Part shown: one piece after another, positions 1 to 11,221 of the stretch
Position numbering within the stretch: the stretch's first letter is position 1
How the letters are laid out: each line of letters begins with the position of its first letter
Origin: Octopus sinensis
Taxonomy: Eukaryota
Length of the DNA: 64,000 bases
Reading direction: 5' to 3'
NCBI RefSeq assembly: GCF_006345805.1
Contig: NC_043003.1
Coordinates: 72,788,001 to 72,852,000 of the forward strand
The notes under the pieces: generated by a model
Database searches by the model: none
Seen by the model: only the letters and a program-made list of their open reading frames with translations
What the model was told of the DNA's origin: nothing
Translations under genes and position numbers: made by a program

Positions 1-112
1 ATATATATATATACATATATACATATGTATATATACATATATATATGTACGCACACACATATTGTCTGAACTCATACTCAATAACAGCAACAAGAGTAAC
101 AACAACAATAAG

Positions 113-148
<36 letters not shown>

Positions 149-188
149 CACCACCACCACCACCACCACCATCACACTACTACTACTG

Positions 189-227
<39 letters not shown>

Positions 228-252
228 TACTACTACTACTACTACTACTAAC
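1..252. repeat. Compound microsatellite (TA)n/(TAC)n/(CAC)n
   Basis: Directly visible tandem di- and trinucleotide repeats; source of the poly-T/L/Y/H ORFs. Confidence 0.95.
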
Positions 253-647
253 CATGTAAGCAGAACTAGCTCTCATGAGGTTGGCCTCTTTTCTGTTGTG
301 GTTGGGAATAGTCAATGTGGAAAAAAAAAAAAAAGCTGCAAAACAAAAATGTTAGAATATATCAAGAAAAAATGGCAGATTGATTAAAACGCGGCAAGAG
401 AATGCGTTTGATCGTAGCTGAAAAAAAAATCCAAGAATGTGTAAATAACAATACTTCGAACTCATGCAGCTTGCATTAATTTTTTTTCGCTTTGTTGAAG
501 CTTCTGAGAAGCTGCGTATTTATGTGTAAGAGATGTTGACATACTGAGCGGGCCGGAGGGCGCATTTTCAGGCGCCTGGCCCTGAGTCGTATACGTTTCA
601 GTAAAGTCGCACCACCCAACACGCGCGCGCACACACACATATACATA

Positions 648-682
648 CATCGGTTGTCAAGCGATGTTGGAGGACAAACACA

Positions 683-716
<34 letters not shown>

Positions 717-747
717 ACACACACACACACACAACACACACACACAC

Positions 748-789
<42 letters not shown>

Positions 790-853
790 TACACACACAT
801 ACATATATATACGAAAGGCTTCTTTCAGTTTCCGTCTACCAAATCCACTCACA
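648..853 (-). mobile_element. Partial tRNA-derived SINE (family S1, internal microsatellite)
   Basis: Reverse complement matches the S1 segments 'gtgagtggatttggtagacggaaactgaaagaagcc' and 'gtgtttgtcctcc...cttgacaaccgatg' seen at 1460-1496 and 2320-2355. Confidence 0.8.
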
Positions 854-920
854 GCATGGAAAATGGACGTTAAACGATGATGATGATGATGATGAAGCAT
901 ACACATTTATAAAGTCTGTC

Positions 921-921
921 C

Positions 922-991
<70 letters not shown>

Positions 992-992
992 A

Positions 993-1031
<39 letters not shown>

Positions 1032-1060
1032 ATATCTATCTATCTATCTATCTATCTATA

Positions 1061-1131
<71 letters not shown>

Positions 1132-1152
1132 TATCTATCTATATATATATCT
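921..1152. repeat. (TATC)n microsatellite
   Basis: Direct tandem repeat. Confidence 0.95.
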
Positions 1153-1496
1153 AACTAACTAAGCTGAAATACCTGGTATTGCTCGAGTTAACGACTGAAG
1201 GAATTAACAGTAATATCGTAAAGTGGAGTTTGGAGAAAGTGCATCGTGCAGATCTCTTTTTACTTGTTTTATTTCTTTAAAGAATATTTTCCAGATATCC
1301 ATGTTTAATCATAAGCTATTTCGATTCTGCAAATATAGATGCAGGAGTGGCCGTGTGGTAAGTAGCTTGCTTACGAACCACATGGTTCCGGGTTCAGTCC
1401 CATTGCGTGGCACCTTGGGCAAGTGTCTTCTGGTATAGCCTCGGACCGACCAAAGCCTTGTGAGTAGATTTGGTAGACAGAAACTGAAAGAAGCCC

Positions 1497-2231
1497 AACT
1501 CTATAACCCTTTGCTTGACCTTCTCTTCCTTCCTTGTCTTCCTCTATCTCTCTCTCTCTCACTCCTCTTCATCTCTCTCACAGCCGGGCGATTACTTCCT
1601 TTCGCTTGCGGCCTGCTAACAGTGAACACACGTTCTTCCAGCGCTCTTAAGAATCTTTCCTCGTCTAGGCCAAAAAAAAGGCCCTCATTGTTTGCTTTCT
1701 TGTTTGTTTTTATTTCTTGTACGGTATTTTTTGTAATTGTATTTTTATTTTGTATTTTATTTTGTATATTATTTTGTAATTGTATTTGTATCATTTTTAC
1801 GTCCTGTTTTTATCACATTTTTTTCTTTCCTTGTTTTTACCCCTCTGCGAAGGAATTTTATTTAATTCTTTCGCAGGAAGGGCTAGTTCGACGAGTCGTG
1901 TTCTGTCCTCACCTTCGAAACACGCTGGAGTTGAACTAGGGACAGCTGATGAAGGGGATTTTTCGTTGTGTAGTTTATCTTGTACTCTGTTTTTTCGTTG
2001 TTAAAAAAGGTCCGTTTCCATTTTTGTTTTTACGTTTTCGTTTCTCGTTGAGTTCTACGTCTATTTGTGGTGTCCTGTACTCACGTATATATATTTATAT
2101 ATGCATGTATATATACATGTAGATGTAGGTACGTACATATATGTATGTATGTATGCATATATTTTATTTATTACACTATTGTATGACTGAGCGCCCTCGC
2201 GTCGTTTCGTTTCGTTTCCTCCAAGTAAGTT
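1497..2231 (+). mobile_element. Non-coding insertion, probably a Penelope-like element 3' end/pLTR carrying a hammerhead-like RNA
   Basis: Interrupts SINE S1, is pyrimidine-rich, ends in (TA)n and contains CTGATGA and GAAAC cores. The late motif 'ctgagcgc' resembles 'ctgagcgt' in the PLE 3' ends elsewhere in the window. Confidence 0.55.
1883..1957 (+). ncRNA. Candidate non-circularly permuted hammerhead ribozyme
   Basis: Stem III CGTGT(1897-1901)/ACACG(1920-1924); cleavage triplet GUU (1900-1902); stem I CTGTCC(1903-1908)/GGACAG(1940-1945); CTGATGA 1946-1952; GAAA 1917-1920; weak stem II CTTC(1913-1916)/GGGG(1954-1957); extra 10-bp helix 1883-1892/1930-1939. Confidence 0.6.
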
Positions 2232-2304
<73 letters not shown>

Positions 2305-2504
2305 ATGTGTTTGTGTGTCTGTGTTTGTCCTCCAGCATAGCTTGACAACCGATGCTGGTGTGTTTACGTCTCCGTAACAGTGGTTCGGCAAAAGAGACCG
2401 ATAGAATAAGTACTAGGCTTACAGAGAATAAGTCCTAGGGTCAAATGACTGAAACAAGTAAAAGAGTAAAATAAATTTCAAATATTTTCCATCTCTTTTC
2501 CGTA

Positions 2505-2703
2505 TAAACCTCACCTAACTTCGAACCCAAAATCCTAATAGCAAACTGTAACCTTGATTCCGAACCGTAAACCATAATCTCCAACCTTTACCCTAAGTCC
2601 ATACCTATCTCTATATTTCTAATCCTTACTCTAACTCTGGCTATAAACCCCAATCGTAAACCCTTATTCTATCCCCAACTCCTATCAGTAAGTCTAAACC
2701 TAT
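2505..2703. repeat. Decayed 6-bp-period (CCCTAA)n-like repeat
   Basis: Units such as cctaac, cccaaa, cctaat, ccgaac, ccctaa, tctaac, ccccaa, tctaaa recur at ~6-bp spacing. Confidence 0.55.
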
Positions 2704-2826
2704 TTTTTTGGTAAAATCGTAAATTTCTGTTTAAAATATACTTGTGAGAAATAATTTTGAAAATGAATGAATGTACACACACATACAAACACACACACAC
2801 ACACCACACACACACACACACACATA

Positions 2827-2865
<39 letters not shown>

Positions 2866-3414
2866 ATATATATCTTTATTCGTCTGTCCCGATATTTAAT
2901 TCTGTTTGTTTATAACATTCGATGGTTTTTTTTTTGGTAAGACAAGAAATAATATTAACATAAAAAAACACACACCACACACGTCTACACGCAATATATT
3001 GATAGCACACGCACACACATAAATACATACTAGACATACACACGCACCAGACACAGATATATCGCACTTACATCTCTGTCTACACTCCTACACTCACACA
3101 CCACACTGACCACACACTTATATACGCGCGCGCACACACACGTGTACATCACTCATACACATACACGCCTCACACAGACACTACGTATACGCATACATAT
3201 ACACCAAACACTTACACACTTGTCAAACATACATCCACACACACAAGGGAAAAGAAACGTGGTAAACACGATGAAATAATTGAATCAATTCTGTGAGAAA
3301 ACATCGGAAAAAAGTGTCGAAGAAAATAAATAGGATGGGTGGTGGTGTTGAGAAAACCAACCAAACATATTTGATGGCAAAAATTATCTATCTATCTTTC
3401 TTTCTTTCTTTCAT

Positions 3415-3457
<43 letters not shown>

Positions 3458-3482
3458 CTCTTTCTTTCTATTTATCTATCTA

Positions 3483-3922
3483 TCCAGAAATTGAAAACAG
3501 AGGGTTACCCACTTGCAAACAAATGTGGTAACATACAACAATATTGACCAAGGTTACCGTGGTCTTTTTCGTAGGCTTTTCTTCCCACGGATAAACCTTA
3601 CTTGCTTTCCCCTTTACACCATATATCATAACACTGTGATACACGATCCCTATTGATCGTTTTTTTCCTCTTCCCCTTTTTTCTTCTTTTTTCATTTCTC
3701 TTTTCTTTTGTTCCTTTTCCTTTTCTTCTTTTTTTATTTTTTTATTTTTTATTTCTTGTTCTTTTTTTCCCCTTTACGATCCCTTTTGATCGAAAACCTA
3801 CGCCACCTTTTTTTTTGTTTCTTTTGTTTTTTGGTTTTTTGTTTTTTTCATCCCCCAAAAGAAAAGCTCTACCTTGTAACTTGTCCCATATGTGTGCAGC
3901 CCTGTGTGGCCAATAAAAAAAC

Positions 3923-3925
<3 letters not shown>
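3483..3925 (+). mobile_element. 5'-truncated Tx1/L1-clade LINE (3' UTR only)
   Basis: Near-identical to 24414-24900 ('ccagaaattgaaaacagagggttacccac...cagccctgtgtggccaataaa'); flanked by (TATC)n. Confidence 0.9.
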
Positions 3926-3991
<66 letters not shown>

Positions 3992-4032
3992 CATTCATCC
4001 ATCCATCCATCCGTCCATCCATCCATCTATCC

Positions 4033-4109
<77 letters not shown>

Positions 4110-4496
4110 CCATCTACTTGCCTACCTTCCCGACACTGTCTGCTCACGCACACGAATGCACACACACACACACACTCACATACATAATACATACATACGT
4201 ACGTACATACATACATAATACATACATAATACATACATAATACATACATACATACATACATACATACATACATACTTAATACATACGTAAGGGTTTTTAT
4301 ACTCACGAACTGTTTAGAATTTGTCTTAATTCCTATCAATAAAATAAGCAAATTTACTCTAAGGAACTCAATGGAAAATTTAAGGGAAATTAAGGAAATT
4401 CAGAGTTACGTCTCTGGTTTATATGATAGAAAAGAAATTTGAAAAACTGGTCGACTAACTAGACTAATATATAAGTATAACTAGCAGTCTTCGTAC

Positions 4497-4541
<45 letters not shown>

Positions 4542-4724
4542 ACACACACAAACTGATGCATGCACGCACGTACGCACGCACACACGCACACACACACGCA
4601 CACGAACACACACACACACGCCGTATTATTTTAATAGAACGTTAAATTTAGTAGGCTCGTGTCGTGTGTTCTGTGCGTAGAGTGTACTACTTGGAAGAGA
4701 AAGCATCTAGAATAGGACATGGTT

Positions 4725-4945
4725 TACAACTAGCAGAATTATTGTTCGGACAGTGTAGAATTTTGAAGCCTAGAATGACGATGCATATATGTTTGTTCGT
4801 GTTATTATCATTCTGAGTTGAAATTCCACTGAGGTCAAATTCGTCTTTCATCTTTTAGGGATCGATAAAATAAATACCAGTTGAGTACTGAGATCCTTGT
4901 GATCGATTATTGCCAAAATTCCAAGTTTTGTGTCTATAATAGAAA
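4725..4945 (+). mobile_element. Degenerate tRNA-derived SINE (family S2)
   Basis: Contains 'ttctgagttgaaattccactgaggtc...tttcatcttttagggatcgataaaataaataccag', matching the S2 core. Confidence 0.7.
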
Positions 4946-4957
4946 GGATTATTATTA

Positions 4958-5078
<121 letters not shown>

Positions 5079-5099
5079 CATTATTTTTATTATTATTAT

Positions 5100-5557
5100 T
5101 TATGTTTGACTTTTGCTTTATATTTGTACAAGTTGGCTCCAAGTCTCACCCAGAGACCTCAAGAGACAACAGGTTGGAAGTTCGTGATGCTGTTATGCCT
5201 AGTGTGCCATATATTTGGTTTTGTATTTAGTGTTGTCCTAGTGAATGTCTAAAAAAACCCCCAAAAAAACCGAAAATTATGTTTGTTTTAAAACTTGAGA
5301 TTACATAGAAAGTATTTTGTGTATGATATGAGCAGTTCCCATGAGCACTATCTTTTGAATTTCTGCCATTTTGGGGTTTCCTGGTATCTGAGTTAGGTAG
5401 CGATCAGCCCCTTTTGCTATCATTCCCAGGGCACCTATGACAACAGGTATTGTTTTAGTCTTCAGGTTCCACATTTTGCTGATTTCTATGTCAAGATCTT
5501 TATATTTGCTCAGTTTTTGGTAGGTCTTGACAGATACGTTTATATCGATTGGGACTA
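5100..5557 (-). mobile_element. R4/Dong-clade non-LTR retrotransposon, 3' end (RLE endonuclease C-terminus + 3' UTR)
   Basis: ORF 5301..5657 gives 'VPIDINVSVKTYQKLSKYKDLDIEISKMWNLKTKTIPVVIGALG...IQKIVLMGTAHI', the typical RLE C-terminus. Flanked both sides by (ATT)n/(GTT)n. Confidence 0.9.
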
Positions 5558-5562
5558 TTATT

Positions 5563-5646
<84 letters not shown>

Positions 5647-5655
5647 AGGATGCTC

Positions 5656-6088
5656 AAGGTGGAGAACTGGCAGAATCGTTAGCACGCCATCAAACTGCTT
5701 ACCGGCATTTCGTCCGTCCTTACGTTCTGAGTTCAAATGCCACCAAGGTCGACTTTGACCTTCATCCTTTCGGAGTTGATAAAATAAGTGCCAGTTGAGC
5801 ACTTGGATCGATGTAACCGATTTACCCACTTCCCCAAAACTTGCTGGCCTCGTGCCAGAATTTGAAATCATTATTATCAAGGATGCTTAGTAGCATTTCT
5901 CCCGTCTTTAAGTCTTGGATTCAAATTCCGCTGAACCCGACACTCCCTTTCATTCTTTCAAGGGTCGATGAAATGAGTTCTAGTCGAAAGAAGTACTAGA
6001 GCTCGACTAGAGCAGTGGGGGTCATTGTAATCAACTGTTTCCCTTCACCAAAATTTCAGGCATTGTGTCTATAACAGAAAAGATTATC
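5656..6088 (+). mobile_element. Two tandem S2 SINE copies
   Basis: 'ggtggagaactggcagaatcgttagcacgcc...ttctgagttcaaatgccaccaaggtcgactttgacc'; second partial copy from ~5880. Confidence 0.8.
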
Positions 6089-6144
6089 ATTTTTATTACT
6101 GTTGCTTCAAACACACTCTTCTATATTACGTTTTGCCATCTCTA

Positions 6145-6460
6145 CACAGTTGATATCAGTCCTCTACTCCTCCTTCCATGGTAGGTATAACCTATTGGCA
6201 CTGTCTCTGGGACTTAGTGATGTGTACATCGACATTGCTTCTGGTTTTGCAATCTATGTCTCTTAGTTCTTCCTTAGTCATGTTCAAGAAAACAGCAGAA
6301 TATCGTATTAGAGACACCGTATGTTTACTGCAGATATGCTAACTCCTTCATTCAGTTTTGTGCTCAGCACCTTCTTTACGCTCCTGAGATATTCATTTCT
6401 CACTGTCTCTTGTATTTCTGGACAGAAAATTCTATCTGCCTCAATACACCTATATACATG
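6145..6460 (-). mobile_element. Old R4/Dong LINE fragment (post-RT thumb region)
   Basis: Minus strand reads approximately 'EYLRSVKKVLSTKLN...AVN..(fs)VSLIRYSAVFLNMTKEELRDIDCKTR...EGGVEGLI', homologous to 17500-17740. Confidence 0.65.
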
Positions 6461-7239
6461 TAACAGTCACCCTCATTCATTGCTCGGATTGATATCGCAT
6501 CTGAGAGTCTTCTTCTTCTTCTTCTTCTTCTTCTTCTTCTTCTTCTTCTTCTCTTCATTCTTATCTTCTCACTTCTCCTTCTTCTCTCTTCGTCTTTTTC
6601 TTCTTCTTCTTTTTTCTTCTCCTTCTTCTTCTTCTTCTCATTCTCTCCTCCTCCTTCTTCTCTCTTCTTCTTTCATTCTCCTTCTCCTTCTTCTTCTCTC
6701 TTATACATGCGGAAATAGAGTTTTTACTAAAAATACGCGCTCACAGATAACTTCCTACAATTTAGAGTCTTCTTTTTAAGGGATTTACAAAAGAAAAAAA
6801 ATTGCGCTTTATTTTTGGACAAATTTAATTTTTTCCCTTTCGCGTCATTGACAAATGGCCACGAATACTTCACATCACTCTCACAAAAGGAAGGGGGGAA
6901 AAGAGAAAGAAAACCTGAAAATTTCACACACAATAAATAAACAAAAAGAAAAATAATCATTTTCATTGTAACGCCTAATATTAATAGTAAACACAAATTA
7001 ATAGAAAACACATTTTCAGCTACACTGGGTGAAATCTTGTTAACAGCACCACCAACAGCAGCGTGCGTTAATATATCTTTTCGGGTGTAAACAAGGACTG
7101 TAAAAATTGCTTTTGCAAGCGTTCGTTCGAGTAGGAAAACTCTCAATATGTAACATTTTATTGAAGACTGAAGGCTTGCGAATATATTATCTATGACCCG
7201 GGGCCAAATTAATTATAGAGGCCTCCACAAATTAATTAT

Positions 7240-7660
7240 TTTCGGTGGATACACGATCTACTTATGCCCAAGCCAACCGGCATTAGAAGACGGAGTTACT
7301 ATTCTGTTTCGCACACGCCTGGATCTCGCAGTACAAACCATCTTCTTGGACCCTGCAGAAAAAATTGGTGGTCCTTGATGTGAATAGTAGCGGGGAGGAT
7401 GCTTTCAGTCTTGTAGCTCTTTATGCTCCGACACGGGCGAGACGGAGTTCTTCAAGAGTCTGACAAATTTACTAGGAACGTCATGCTCTTTAATGCAAGC
7501 GGGCGACTGGTACACCATCTTGGATGTACGTTTGAATTGTGTGGGGCAAGCAGATAGGAGAGTGAGGTACAATGTAAAAGCTTCGCAAACATGCTCGGAT
7601 GTTTCCAACTGTTTGACAGATTCCGACAGAATTCCCCGAATGTGTCAACGCTGGCGTGGA
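7240..7660 (+). mobile_element. Degenerate L1/Tx1-type APE endonuclease fragment
   Basis: Frameshifted translation 'GVTILFR...LVVLDVN...FSLVALYAP...EFFKSL...AGDWYTILD' resembles the APE motifs GVAIL, xxYAP and GDFN. Confidence 0.7.
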
Positions 7661-8564
7661 CAAAACATCAGATTTTTCCTGCTCTTTTGGACAGAATTCA
7701 TTTTGACCTTTACTGAAGAAGCACAATCAGTCATAAAATATTTCTGTTGTACCCACAATGGGACATACTTTAAAAACATTTTGTTATCTTTGGAATCATC
7801 AGAAATTGTACGCCCATAGAGACCATATTCTGCTAAATATTACCAAAGGCTGACCACCTACTTATATTGTGCTATGAACATTACAGTGAACATAGAATTA
7901 ATGTTGGTTGGAAGTTTTATACTGTGGACCACATTTTTTGTTCTGTATATTGTAAGATAATCCTAACTCAGTTTGTCACCACACCCAGTAGTCTTTTTGA
8001 AAATTGTCCTGGGCTGCATTTCCCACTCTATACAGGAGATTTCACTTCATGCATCGGCTTAGGTTGTCGCCGACTTCTCATGGGCGACACAAAAGGCAAA
8101 ACACTGCTCTTTGACAATGTACTTATAGCTCACTTTTCTTCTTTGTCGAGGTTCTGCAATAGCTTCTGATAAAACACATGTTTTCGTTACGCAGATCTGT
8201 TTTTCTGCTGCAAGTTTTGTTTACAAAGGGCAAAGTTTTCAAATTAAATTGCTGACATTAAAAAAAAGTAGTTATTTTCGTTTAGAAAAAATTAGCATCA
8301 TTCTTGAATACTCTATGGTATGCCTTGTTCAGGTCGATGGAAATACATCTATTCACACCTCTGCTAGGGCATTCTTCACTCAACATTTGAAGGCATTCAG
8401 AAATCATTTCCTCCTAACCAACTCTTTGGCAAATTCCTCCAGCAAGAAAAGATTAAATTTTTAAAAAGTGCAACAGAATCTAATACAAACGTTGAAGCAG
8501 TGATAAACACGTCTGGCCAGAGCAAGAAACAATAAAACCCACAGCAATAATTGTACTAATTATT

Positions 8565-8765
8565 CTAATTTTGGTACAATGCCAGCAGTTCTGAGGGAAG
8601 GGACAATTCGATAGTACAGACCCCAGTCCTAAAGTGGTACTTTATTTCATCGACCACAAAAATGACGAAAGGCAAAGTTGTCCTTGGAGAGAACTGAACA
8701 CGAAACGTAAAGAGTGGAAGACAAACCACATGGTATTTTTCCCGACGCTCTTATAATTCTGTTAA
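8565..8765 (-). mobile_element. Degenerate S2 SINE
   Basis: 'tggtactttatttcatcgaccac...gaaaggcaaagt' is the reverse complement of the S2 core. Confidence 0.65.
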
Positions 8766-8896
8766 TCCGAACAATATATAAGAAAAAATTGAAAAATTGA
8801 TTGAATGAGAATCAATTTGGTGGCAACTCAATTTTAGAGAGAAAATCACTCACGGACATATACGCACAAACAGAGATGCGTCCACTCAGACACACA

Positions 8897-8963
<67 letters not shown>

Positions 8964-9098
8964 ACACACACACAAGCGCGTACAAACACACACAGCGAAT
9001 GAGAAAGGTAGAGGGAAAGAGACAGAAAGACTGAGACACACAGAGAGAAATAGAGGGGGATATAATGTATTATATATATATATATATTATATATATAT

Positions 9099-9144
<46 letters not shown>

Positions 9145-9204
9145 ATATATATATAACATATATATATAGAATATATTATACATATATATATATATATTAT
9201 TATC

Positions 9205-9257
<53 letters not shown>

Positions 9258-9660
9258 CAGTAGAAGAAGAACAGTCGTTTAATAAACGTTTCCATACACT
9301 AGATATTTGAAACGGCATGGTGCTTGTTGGTTCCTCTGCCAACAATATATTGATGGAAAGAGAAAGAAGGAGAGAGAGAGAGAAAGAGGGAAGGAGAAAG
9401 AGAGAAAAGGAGTGAGGGAGTGAGGGAGAGAGAAGGTAGTGATTGTGGTGGGGAGAACGCTACCGATGTGTGTGTGTGTGTTGGTTGGGAAATTGGTGGA
9501 AAACTGACATGAGAGGAAATTAATACTTCCATTGTTGCAGACTAAAACGTAAATCAATTAAAGAAACTAACACAAACAAAAGAATAATGAGAAGAGACGT
9601 ATACAGACACATAAAAAGCCAAAATGAGTTGGTGAGATGAAAAGACTATATATATATATA

Positions 9661-10023
9661 TGGAAGCACTCGTCGGTTACGACGACGAGGGTTCCAGTTG
9701 ATCCGATAAAAGGAACAACCTGCTCGTGAAATTAAGTGTCAGGGTGGGCACTCCACAGACACGTGTACCCTTAACGTAGTTCTTGGGGATATCAGCGTGA
9801 CACGAGAGTGACAAGGCGGCCCTTTGAAATACAGGTACAACAGAAACAGGAATTAAGAGTGAGAGAAAGTTGTGTGAAAGAGTACAGCAGGATCACCACC
9901 ATCCCTGCCGGAGCCTCGTGAGCTTTAGGTCAATAAACACTCAAACGCACCCGGTCTGGGAATCGAAACCGCGATCCTACGACCGCGAGCCCACTGCCCT
10001 AACCAAGGGCCATTGCACCTCCA
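9661..10023 (-). mobile_element. tRNA-derived SINE (family S3) inserted in (TA)n
   Basis: Minus-strand head 'tggaggtgcaatggcccttggttagggcagtggg...ggtttcgattcccagaccggg' with A/B boxes; related partial copy at ~43130-43395. Confidence 0.8.
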
Positions 10024-10174
10024 TATAATATATATATATATATATTTCTATATATTATATATATATATTAATATATATATAATATATATATATAGATATA
10101 TATATATATAGATATATATATATATATATATATAATATATATTATATATATTATATATTATATATATATATTAT

Positions 10175-10206
<32 letters not shown>

Positions 10207-10221
10207 TGTGATTATATATGC

Positions 10222-10445
10222 TTTCAAAATGTGATCTCTAAGCACCACCAGCTCAAATATTTTCTCCTTGTCTTCCCTCCTTGGGACCTTTCCTTCTCCT
10301 TGTTTCCGACGAAGAGCTCCGCTCGAAACGTTAAACCCCCCTTCCTTCTTTCCTGAGCGTCAATAATACTTTAATTGTTCCACGTCCTGAGTTGCGTGTT
10401 TTTTTCTCTTTTTTTTCTGTGTTCTTGTTTGTTTGGATACTTATT
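10222..10445 (+). mobile_element. PLE 3'-end fragment (family A) with minimal hammerhead at 10302-10336
   Basis: GTTT-CCGACGA-A-GAGC-tcc-GCTC-GAAA-CGT-T-AAAC; body homologous to 53350-53555; flanked by (TA)n. Confidence 0.8.
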
Positions 10446-10532
10446 ATATATATATTAATATATATATTACATATACATACGTTCGTTTGTCTCCACCTGC
10501 CTTCGTCTTTGTCTATTTTCATAAAGCTCCGT

Positions 10533-10569
<37 letters not shown>

Positions 10570-10604
10570 CATAAGGTGTGGAGTGTGTGTGTAAATATAC
10601 ATGT

Positions 10605-11082
10605 AGAGGTGCGTGGGTTAGTGGTTAGGGTGTTGTACTCATTATCATAAGACTGCATTTTCGATTCTCGATTCCTGAACCAACGATGCATTGTGTTCTT
10701 GAACAAAATACTTCATTTTACTTTGCTCATTTCACTCAGCGGTCAAAAATGAGAAATACTACGACGGACTGGTGTCCCATCCGTTGAGGAGTACATACAT
10801 TTCTGTATTACCCACAAGGGGCTAAACATAGAGGAGACAAACGGATTAAATCGATTACATCGACCTCAGTGCGTTAATGGTACTTAATTTATCGACCCCA
10901 AAAGAATGAAAGGCAAAGTCGACCTCGGCGGAATTTGAACTCACAACGTAACGGCAGACGAAATACCGCTAAGCATTTCGCCCGACGTGCTAACGTTTCT
11001 GCCAGTACGCCGCCTTAGAGCTCGCCACGCCACAGAATGTGAGAAGGCTCGGGAAGGACCTTTCATCCTTTTTTTGTATAAA
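10605..11082 (+). mobile_element. Old tRNA-derived SINE interrupted by a younger S2 SINE
   Basis: Head 'ggtgcgtgggttagtggttagggtgttg...tcgattcctgaacc', body 'gacggactggtgtcccatcc'. Confidence 0.6.
10801..11015 (-). mobile_element. S2 SINE with Tx1-like tail
   Basis: Highly similar to 26824-27046 and 30386-30645. Confidence 0.9.
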
Positions 11083-11141
11083 CACGCGCATTCACCTCTA
11101 CAAACAGGCACACGCGCACTTATTCGCGCGTGCACACACAC

Positions 11142-11192
<51 letters not shown>

Positions 11193-11221
11193 CACAAACG
11201 CAAATATATTAAACAGGGCGA

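Larger units (their letters stand above)
1340..2472 (+). mobile_element. tRNA-derived SINE S1, split by a ~730-bp insertion at its internal microsatellite
   Basis: Head 1340-1496 has A-box-like 'tggccgtgtgg', B-box-like 'ggttcagtccc' and CORE-like 'gcaccttgggcaagtgtc'. The 3' half at 2320-2472 ends 'tgactgaaacaagtaaaagag'. An uninterrupted copy is at 33605-33985. Confidence 0.85.

Noticed and set aside
462-650. GC-richer patch / 62-aa ORF as a host exon or promoter
   Set aside because: No recognisable domain and no convincing splice sites; the ORF starts in a microsatellite. A regulatory role cannot be excluded.
6727-8470. ORFs of 100-139 aa flanking the APE fragment
   Set aside because: No motif I can identify with confidence; probably decayed transposon sequence.
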